DNA from: Conexivisphaerales archaeon
Lineage (GTDB): Archaea; Thermoproteota; Nitrososphaeria; Conexivisphaerales; DTJL01
Reading direction: 5' to 3'
Length of the DNA stretch: 16,131 nt
Assembly (NCBI GenBank): GCA_049509455.1
Contig: JBEKZX010000035.1
Coordinates: 1 to 16,131, forward strand
The notes beneath the pieces are model-generated. The model did no database searches. It saw nothing but the letters and a program-made list of their open reading frames with translations, and was not told the DNA's origin. How positions within the stretch are numbered: the stretch's first letter is position 1; each line of letters opens with the position of its first letter. The translations under genes and the position numbers were made by a program. Below are positions 7,452 to 14,428 of the stretch, piece by piece.

Positions 7452-9044
7452 ATGCTTCCGTCGAACCTGTTGAGGGCGAAGGTCTCAAGGGGAAAAATAC
7501 GCCCCATCTACGTGAGCTTGGATGTCGATACCCTGGCGCTGGCTGAAAGGATCACGGGCATTTTCAGAAATGGGATAGGAAGGAGGAAGGGAGAGCTCCT
7601 CAAAAAGTTGAGGGAGGTGGAGGATGAGGGCTACGACTTCAAGTTGGTCAGAGGATTATCTGCCCTTCTTGAAAGGAGGTGCACCTTCGAGGCTCAAAGC
7701 GCGCTGAATCCAAGGGAGGCGAGGATGACCGTCTTCGAGGAGGCGAGCAAAGCGAGAGCGACCAGCCCCGAACAGAGGGATGATGTGATTCAAAGGGCTT
7801 CAAGGAGGTTGGGCGTTTCTCAACAGGATCTGGAGAGGACCCTCTTCAGCGACATAGAGGAGGAGCTAATGCTTAAGGGCTTTGAACCTCTCGACTCCGA
7901 TGTGCTTCTCAAACGCTACAACTTCTCCTTAACGCAAACGCTCCTCTTCAAGTCACTCAGGATGGAGTTCTCCGCCTCTGGGAATTGGAAGAACATCTTC
8001 AGGGACGTGAAGAGACTGGGCCTGATATACTCGGTAGAGAAGGGAGATGGCGACCCGGGAGGCTACAGGGTCTCGCTCGACGGCCCTCTTTCGCTCTTCA
8101 AGATGACGGAGCGCTACGGCACGTCGATCGCGAAGCTCCTTCCTCAGATAGTGGCATCGGATTCGTGGCGCATCAAAGCTGAAATCCTTACGAGAAGCAG
8201 AGGGGGAAGGGTGTACTCGTTCGAGGCCGATGCCGATGAACTGAAGGGGATCGTCGATGCTTCACGGGAAGCGTCCGATGAAGGACCTCGGACCGACCTC
8301 TATGACAGCACCGTTGAAGCGAGGTTTGCGAGGTCGTTCCTTTCATACGGTTCTGGATGGGTCTTGAGAAGGGAGCCAGAGCCTCTGATAGCGGGCATTC
8401 ACGTGCTCATACCAGACTTCAGCTTCGAGAAGGATGGCGCCAAGGTATACCTCGAGGTGGTCGGCTTCTGGACCTCCGACTATCTGGAGAGGAAGATTAG
8501 CAAGCTCAACTCGATTTCAGGGATAGACGTGATCATCGTAGCGGATGAAAGCCTGGCCTGCTCGAAGCTCGAGAGGCTGAAGGGCAAGGCGCTAGTGATA
8601 TACTACAAGAAGGAGGTCCCTCTGAAGCCCATAATCGAGCACCTTAAGGAGGTGGAAGCCTCCAAAGTCGGGGAGCAGGCGGAGAGGCTGAAGGGAGAAG
8701 CCGTCGCCCTGAAGGGAGACGTCGTCAGCCTCGACGAAATCGCAAGGGAGAGGGGCGTTGCGGTGGAGTCCGTAAGGATGGCCGTGCAGGGCTTCAAACC
8801 CGAAGGATACGTGAGGGTTGACGAGTGCTTCATCTCGGAAGCGAAGCTCGGGGAGATAGATCGGAAGCTGGAGGGGGTCGAGAGGCTGACCGATGCCCTG
8901 GAGATGATCGAGGCATCTGGAGTGAAGGATGGGCACAAAGTACTCGAGGCCTTGGGATACACCTCGGTCTGGGAGGGGATGGAGATGGATAAAGTCAAGA
9001 TAAAGAAGAAGTCCGCGCCGAACCCTCCGTCGGACACTGCTTGA
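7452..9044 (+). CDS. bax1: Bax1 / DUF790 endonuclease, partner of XPB
   Basis: Start MLPSNLLRAK; YNFSLTQTLLF; VSLDGPLSLFKMTERYG; nuclease core IPDFSFEKDGAKVYLEVVGFWTSDYLERK; GGAGGT Shine-Dalgarno upstream; canonical position after xpb. Confidence 0.93.
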   Translation: MLPSNLLRAKVSRGKIRPIYVSLDVDTLALAERITGIFRNGIGRRKGELLKKLREVEDEGYDFKLVRGLSALLERRCTFEAQSALNPREARMTVFEEASKARATSPEQRDDVIQRASRRLGVSQQDLERTLFSDIEEELMLKGFEPLDSDVLLKRYNFSLTQTLLFKSLRMEFSASGNWKNIFRDVKRLGLIYSVEKGDGDPGGYRVSLDGPLSLFKMTERYGTSIAKLLPQIVASDSWRIKAEILTRSRGGRVYSFEADADELKGIVDASREASDEGPRTDLYDSTVEARFARSFLSYGSGWVLRREPEPLIAGIHVLIPDFSFEKDGAKVYLEVVGFWTSDYLERKISKLNSISGIDVIIVADESLACSKLERLKGKALVIYYKKEVPLKPIIEHLKEVEASKVGEQAERLKGEAVALKGDVVSLDEIARERGVAVESVRMAVQGFKPEGYVRVDECFISEAKLGEIDRKLEGVERLTDALEMIEASGVKDGHKVLEALGYTSVWEGMEMDKVKIKKKSAPNPPSDTA

Positions 9045-9080
9045 GTGGTGAGACGCTACCTTGCTTCTCTATAGGTATAG

Positions 9081-9563
9081 TCAGTCAGGTCTTGTCGTGC
9101 CGGCGTTAATTCTTTGCGCGGACTTGTATGCGTCATAGATGTTGTAGATCCACCACAGCGGGACGAGCAGGAAGCCGATTAACACTATTACTAGGACTAC
9201 ACACACGATACCTACCAAAATGAACGCAATCCCTTTTCCTATTTGCCCGTTGTAGATCTGTCCCAGACCTGGGAAGAAGAATGAGAGGACTGCAGCGATT
9301 CCAGGATTCTTCAGTGGCTCGGCCACCCGTAGCTGTCCCATCACTCGAACCCCGCACTTGGGGCATATCTCGGCGGCCGCGGCTATCACGGCGCCACAGT
9401 GCTGGCAGTACTTGGTTCCCCCTTCGTAGGGCTGGCCTTGCGGCTGAGGTGGGGGGGACTGTGGCTGAGGCGGTGGTGCGGAGGAGCTCATGGGTCTGCC
9501 GCAGTTCGGGCAAAACTTCACCGTGGCCTGCACTTCTGCCCCGCAGTTGCTGCAATAGACCAT
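9081..9563 (-). CDS. Double zinc-ribbon plus TM2-domain membrane protein
   Basis: YCSNCG...FCPNCG, a Pro/Gln linker, YCQHCG...ICPKCG, then the TM2 motif KNPGIAAVLSFFFPGLGQIYNGQIGKG and a hydrophobic hairpin. ATG 9563 is supported by TTTAATA 24-30 nt upstream. Confidence 0.9.
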   Translation of the reverse strand: MVYCSNCGAEVQATVKFCPNCGRPMSSSAPPPQPQSPPPQPQGQPYEGGTKYCQHCGAVIAAAAEICPKCGVRVMGQLRVAEPLKNPGIAAVLSFFFPGLGQIYNGQIGKGIAFILVGIVCVVLVIVLIGFLLVPLWWIYNIYDAYKSAQRINAGTTRPD

Positions 9564-9586
9564 TATGTCAGCTGACGTCTCTTTCC

Positions 9587-9593
9587 TATTAAA
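9587..9593 (-). promoter_or_regulatory. TATA box of the zinc-ribbon/TM2 gene
   Basis: TTTAATA on the minus strand at the expected spacing from ATG 9563. Confidence 0.6.
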
Positions 9594-9743
9594 GCGTTGA
9601 GAGCTTGCAGCTGCAGCTGCGATGAACACTATCTCCATAACAATTTCGTCGGCTGAAGTTGTTATGCTCTACAGGCTATTACGTCGACTCCGAGGAGAGA
9701 GAGACACAATAGAAGTCTAGCCAAGGGCTCCGAAGTCATGCCA

Positions 9744-9770
9744 CATCGAGGGCTCGATGAAGGCTTAAAG
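9744..9770 (+). promoter_or_regulatory. 7-2-7 palindrome abutting the putative BRE/TATA of nurA-herA
   Basis: CATCGAG-GG-CTCGATG (9744-9759) is followed directly by AAGGCTTAAAG (TTAAAG at 9765-9770). Confidence 0.5.
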
Positions 9771-9846
9771 GACGCCTTCAATAATCATCCTCCTGTTGTT
9801 GTCTCCTTCCGTCATGAACCCAGTGATTCCGTTAGAGGCGTAGTGC

Positions 9847-11649
9847 TTGTCCGACTTTGAGACTCGCACCATCGAGGAGGTCCAGAGCTCCACCCGCTAT
9901 CTGCTGAGCTCTTTCAAAGACAAGATCGACCTCCTAAAGAAGGCAGGTCCCGACCTTAAGCGGCTCCTGCGCTTCGGCGTCGATTACGATGCGGCATTCC
10001 GTACCGCGACCCGATTCTTCGGGAAAGAATATGTGAAGTACATCGCCATCGACGGCACGGACGCCCTGGATGAGCAACTGGACCTGCTCGTATTCTACGT
10101 CGGGGCCTTCGCATACGTCGGCTCCGTCATGTTCTCTCCCACGGGGGTCGACATCGGAGACGCAACTCCCGGTGGCTCCGACCTATCTGTCTCGGCAGCC
10201 ATCCCCCTTTCAGAGGAGGACGCTGCTCTTGTCTTCGGACAGAAGACTCAGTCGGGTGTCGAAGTGGATCCGGAAAGGCTGCCCGGCTCCATCATGCACC
10301 TCTCCGAGTACTATCTGGCCTACAAGGCTGCGGTGGCTGACGGCAGCCTCAGAGTCATCCTCATGGACAGGACACTGGCGGGCGACGTGGGCCACCTCAA
10401 CTGGAGCACGAAGGAGCTCATCGAGGACCATGACTGCATACTTGAAGGGATTGACACTCCCCACGGCAGGGTGACCAACCTCGACCTCCAGCTTGCGAGG
10501 ATGCTACTGCCCAACCCTCAGCTCAAGACCCCAGCCCCGCGGAGCCAGCTCCTGAAATACGCCGCCCTGGAGCTCCTGTTTCAGGGCGACCAGCTGAGTT
10601 CGCAGCAGATCGTCGGCAGACTGGGGGCCCAGCCGGCGAGGGAGGAGAAGCTACGAGACGACTTCGGGGGGCTCGAGAGCGAGTTCCACGTCTTCGAGAA
10701 GGTCTTCAACTACAAGCTCAAGCCCGACGTTAAGTTGTACTGGGATAGGGTCCTCGCGGCGGCCGGCATGGTGGCGGAGCATATCTTCGACCCGAAGGGA
10801 AGGCATCCCCTGCGCTTCAGGAAGGGTGCCGGGGAGCGCTGGATTACGGCCGACGACTTGGACTTCATGACGCTGATTTTCATCCACGCCGTCACGAGGA
10901 AGGCCTGGGCCGACAACCTCCTCTTAATAGGCATGGTAAAGGACACTTCGGCCTCCGAGCTAGTCAATGCGGTGGTGCCCATCCTGCAGAGCGCCGGCAA
11001 GCTCAAGCTGGGCCAGGAGCTCCCCAGCTTCAACAGCGACAAGATGCTCCTGCAGACGGACAGCGTCATCAACGCCGCCGACGTCCCCACGCCATGGCAT
11101 ACAATCGACATGGACGCGGCCTTCAGGACGATGGCGCCGGAGCAGGACCCCAAGCTCAAGAAGGGGGAGACCAGGGTGAGGGGCGCCTTCAAAAACGTCG
11201 TCAACGCCGAGAGGACCTACGTCAAGACCTACGTCCAGCTCTGGAGCAGTCAGGCCAACCCCGCCGTCAGGAGCCACGTCTTCAGCTTCGACAGGCCGGC
11301 CTTCGCCGAGTACGACCACTGGGACGAGGTGCTCGTCCACCACCAGGACAACAATGTGGACGAGAAGATAGCCCCTATCCTCCACTTCGACAGGGGGTCG
11401 GAGATGACCAATTTGGCGATGGCGATGCTATTCCAGATGGGCAAGGAGGTCGTGCCTGAGGCCATAGGCCACAACTACCCCCTCTTCCTGGCCGACAAGA
11501 AGGCGAAGGCCGTTTTGAAGCAGAACCGGGAGGCCTACCTCGGGGCCGTGGCGCTGGAGATGAGCAAATCGGACCTGGACCAGCAAGTTCTTTTCTCCAG
11601 CCGGTTTAGGGACTACAGGAGCCAGGTGGAGGCGAAGAGGAAGAGATGA
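9847..11649 (+). CDS. nurA: NurA-family 5'-3' nuclease, long form (600 aa) with an internal insertion
   Basis: RNase H-fold motifs YIAIDGT, VILMDRTL, LIGMVKD and C-terminal GHNYPLFLADK; ATGA overlap with the downstream HerA-like gene. Confidence 0.82.
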   Translation: MSDFETRTIEEVQSSTRYLLSSFKDKIDLLKKAGPDLKRLLRFGVDYDAAFRTATRFFGKEYVKYIAIDGTDALDEQLDLLVFYVGAFAYVGSVMFSPTGVDIGDATPGGSDLSVSAAIPLSEEDAALVFGQKTQSGVEVDPERLPGSIMHLSEYYLAYKAAVADGSLRVILMDRTLAGDVGHLNWSTKELIEDHDCILEGIDTPHGRVTNLDLQLARMLLPNPQLKTPAPRSQLLKYAALELLFQGDQLSSQQIVGRLGAQPAREEKLRDDFGGLESEFHVFEKVFNYKLKPDVKLYWDRVLAAAGMVAEHIFDPKGRHPLRFRKGAGERWITADDLDFMTLIFIHAVTRKAWADNLLLIGMVKDTSASELVNAVVPILQSAGKLKLGQELPSFNSDKMLLQTDSVINAADVPTPWHTIDMDAAFRTMAPEQDPKLKKGETRVRGAFKNVVNAERTYVKTYVQLWSSQANPAVRSHVFSFDRPAFAEYDHWDEVLVHHQDNNVDEKIAPILHFDRGSEMTNLAMAMLFQMGKEVVPEAIGHNYPLFLADKKAKAVLKQNREAYLGAVALEMSKSDLDQQVLFSSRFRDYRSQVEAKRKR

Positions 11650-13451
11650 GCCTGCAGGTTTTCGACGATTTGGGCGGCGAGTTCCAGGCCCAGCTAAGAG
11701 AGATCAAGTCGAACACTAGGACCACGGTGGACGGAAGCTCCACCATCACCTTCAGGACGGCTAGGATAGAGTGTAGTTACACACCAAAGGTCATCAAGAG
11801 GTTGGCGGCGGGGCAGCTCCTGGCCATCCCCAACGTCCAGGCCATCGGGGTGAACGACGCCTTCTCCATCTACGAGATAGCCGACGTCTACCCAATGCAC
11901 TACTCCATGCTGACCCTGGACACGTCGCAGCCGGCGGCCATCAGGAAGGAATTCATGGAGATGATCCAAAAGGAGTGGGAGAAGGGCTCCAAGAGCACGT
12001 GGATCGAGATAGTCGGCGCCCCCACCAATTACACCATGAAGGTGGGGACGGACGGCCTTTCCTTCGAGAAGAGGCAGTCGGCTCCGCTGACCGGCAGCGC
12101 CGTGCGGCTCCTGAGCAAGGACGCCATCCAGAAGCTGCTGTGCTATTCGCCCAAGGCAGGCGTTGAAGACAACACCTTCGGGAACCTCCTCGGAGTCACC
12201 GACCAGGAGCTGGCCTTCACGGTTGACGTTGAGAAGCTGATACACTACCACGTGGGCGTCTTCGCCTTCACCGGCTCGGGCAAGTCCAACATGACGGCCA
12301 TGATTGTAAGGAAGGCGCTCAAGGTCGTCCCAGACCTGAAGGTCGTTATATTCGACGTCTCATCGGAGTACGGCGTGCATCTCCTCGACGTCTTGGACGG
12401 AAACCCCAGCAGGGTCATCTTCACCGAGCCCTTCGAGACTGGGAAGGAGGCGGAGGACTACGTCAAGCACCATGCCCTCCCCGAATCCCTGACGGACAAG
12501 ACGAAGAAGCTGGAGGAGAGGGTAGAGAGGCTCTTCAAGGCGGGGAAGGTGAAGACAGTCGAGCTCCCCATCGTGGGGGAGGAAGGAATACTCAGGTTCA
12601 GCACATACGGCGGACTGGTGGAGGTCCTGTCGAACACCCTCAACGACAAGTACGGGGCCGTGAACACCAAGCTCTACGTACCGGTAATCATAGACAGGAT
12701 AGATCGCTTCGTCAAGGACAACGGCCTTACGACGGATTCGACCTTCGACGCGAAGACTGAGGGCCTCCTGGACGGCCTGAAGGACATCACCGACAAGCTA
12801 GAGGACCGCGCCACGCTGAAGAAGGTCTTCGACGCGCTGACGACGGTCGTCGGCATGTTAGCTGAAACGAAGAAGGAGGAGGGAGAGGCGTACACCTGGG
12901 ACGACGTGGTCGACGAGATACTCTCCACTGACAAAGACTCCCCCAGGATCTTCGTCGTGAACCTGCCAGAAGCCGAGGACGCCAGGCTACAGACTGCGGC
13001 CGTCATAGGGAAGGTGTTCAGGAAGAGGAAGAGGAGCTTCACCCTAACGCCTCGCGTGCTCTTCGTGATGGACGAAGCCCAGGAGTTCATGCCGAGGGAG
13101 ACCAGGAAGGAGGACGGCACGGAGCAGGCCAGCAGGGCCGTCGAGAGGCTGCTCAGGCATGGGAGGAAGTACCACCTCCACGGCTGGATCAGCACCCAGC
13201 GGGTGGCGAATCTCAACACCAACGCCCTCCAGCAGCTGCATAGCTACTTCGTGTCGACCATGCCCAGGCCCTACGACAGGCAGCTCATCTCGGACACCTT
13301 CGCGATAGACGACGCCTTCATGGAGAGGACGCTGGCATTCCAGAACGGGGACTGGCTGCTCACAAGCTTCAAGGCGACTGCGACGCAGAACATACCCGTC
13401 TTCTTCCACGCAGAGAACAACGAAGAGGTACTTGGGCGGTACTTAAGTTGA
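11646..13451 (+). CDS. herA: HerA/FtsK-superfamily ATPase (DUF87/HerA-like helicase-translocase)
   Basis: N-terminal HAS-barrel-like region, Walker A HVGVFAFTGSGKS, VIFDVSSEY, Walker B VMDEAQEF, arginine-finger motif RHGRKY and sensor STQR; translationally coupled to nurA. Confidence 0.9.
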   Translation: MSLQVFDDLGGEFQAQLREIKSNTRTTVDGSSTITFRTARIECSYTPKVIKRLAAGQLLAIPNVQAIGVNDAFSIYEIADVYPMHYSMLTLDTSQPAAIRKEFMEMIQKEWEKGSKSTWIEIVGAPTNYTMKVGTDGLSFEKRQSAPLTGSAVRLLSKDAIQKLLCYSPKAGVEDNTFGNLLGVTDQELAFTVDVEKLIHYHVGVFAFTGSGKSNMTAMIVRKALKVVPDLKVVIFDVSSEYGVHLLDVLDGNPSRVIFTEPFETGKEAEDYVKHHALPESLTDKTKKLEERVERLFKAGKVKTVELPIVGEEGILRFSTYGGLVEVLSNTLNDKYGAVNTKLYVPVIIDRIDRFVKDNGLTTDSTFDAKTEGLLDGLKDITDKLEDRATLKKVFDALTTVVGMLAETKKEEGEAYTWDDVVDEILSTDKDSPRIFVVNLPEAEDARLQTAAVIGKVFRKRKRSFTLTPRVLFVMDEAQEFMPRETRKEDGTEQASRAVERLLRHGRKYHLHGWISTQRVANLNTNALQQLHSYFVSTMPRPYDRQLISDTFAIDDAFMERTLAFQNGDWLLTSFKATATQNIPVFFHAENNEEVLGRYLS

Positions 13452-13532
13452 GGCCGCTAGGGGCTGGGGAACGAGTAGAACCTAGGTCAGGCGACGGCTA
13501 TGATAAAGAAGAATTCTAAGCCTGATTTAGAG

Positions 13533-14075
13533 TCACTTCTTGTACCAGAAGCTCTTGTAGTCCTTGCCGGTCTTCGTGTGCGACCTCGCGAACTGGAATG
13601 CGTGCTTTATGCTCACGCCGTCCACGACGTACCTCTTGTAAAACATGAGCGAGAACAAGGCGGCGTCATCCCATCTTACTTCGGTTGAGGGCGCGATGAA
13701 GTAATCCGACTTGAACGCTTCGGCCATCTTCTTGGTGTTGCTCACGCAGGCGTTGAGGAACACCAGCTTCGCCGTGTGGTCCAGCCTGTCTATCTCCTCC
13801 GCTGATACCTCCCAAGTGCTCCCGTTGCCTATCGTCGCATCGCGCGGCCCCTCCTTCAATCCGTGGGCCGAGATGTGGATGATGTCGTACCTCTTGCCGG
13901 TATTGAGCTTGCTGAGGAGCTCCGACTTGCTTCTCACAGAATAGCACACCGCCTTCGCCTTGGCCGGTTTGAAAAGGCGGCAGATGGAGAAGAACTGCTT
14001 GAGCAGTTTCCCCTCGCTCGGTTCGCCCTTTTGAGTGCAGTCCAGTACCAGAATGGATCGCCCTGTCATCATCAC
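13533..14075 (-). CDS. Stand-alone CHAT-domain (caspase/HetF-like) cysteine peptidase, about 180 aa
   Basis: Intact clan CD dyad motifs YDIIHISAHG (His) and LVFLNAC (Cys), followed by the CHAT-like FIAPSTEVRWDDAALFSLMFYKRY...SIKHAFQFAR segment. Confidence 0.8.
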   Translation of the reverse strand: MMMTGRSILVLDCTQKGEPSEGKLLKQFFSICRLFKPAKAKAVCYSVRSKSELLSKLNTGKRYDIIHISAHGLKEGPRDATIGNGSTWEVSAEEIDRLDHTAKLVFLNACVSNTKKMAEAFKSDYFIAPSTEVRWDDAALFSLMFYKRYVVDGVSIKHAFQFARSHTKTGKDYKSFWYKK

Positions 14076-14127
14076 TGGACATGCACGGGCTTACTGAAAA
14101 GCATGTACTCCAAGACTGGGCTCGTCA

Positions 14128-14397
14128 ATGAAGGACGGAATAGGAACCATCCTTGACCAGACGTTGGATACGCTAGATGACCAATTGTCAAGAAAGAGGG
14201 TTAGATGCACCATCAAGGGAGGCTCCATACATGAATACCGTTATGTCGTCCTTCGTCGAAAAGGACATGAAAGAAACCCCCTCCCGACACTGGGTGTTGC
14301 CCACACGTGGGCCTCTCTCCATGTCGAGCCAAGACATAATAATCGGGCGGGACGAGCGTCTCTGAGGCGACATCGCCGTTGTCAGTTTGTCTCATAG
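14128..14397 (+). CDS. Possible basic hypothetical protein (89 aa)
   Basis: ATG-initiated ORF ending just before the parB-like gene; the segment RVRCTIKGGSIHEYRYVVLRRKG looks protein-like. The C-terminal half is unconvincing and the region is rich in inverted repeats. Confidence 0.25.
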   Translation: MKDGIGTILDQTLDTLDDQLSRKRVRCTIKGGSIHEYRYVVLRRKGHERNPLPTLGVAHTWASLHVEPRHNNRAGRASLRRHRRCQFVS

Positions 14398-14428
14398 CGT
14401 CTGGCGTTGGGAGGGGAGGGCGGTTCCC

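Noticed and set aside
9440-9485. Low-complexity GGCTGAGG/GGTGG repeats
   Set aside because: Explained by the Pro/Gln linker (PPPQPQSPPPQPQ) of the TM2 gene.
5854-9846. Amber readthrough/pyrrolysine suggested by in-frame TAGs (zinc-ribbon tail, xpb-bax1, nurA uORF)
   Set aside because: TAG also ends TFB at its normal C-terminus, bax1 has its own Shine-Dalgarno site, no pyl genes are visible, and same-frame adjacency occurs one time in three by chance.
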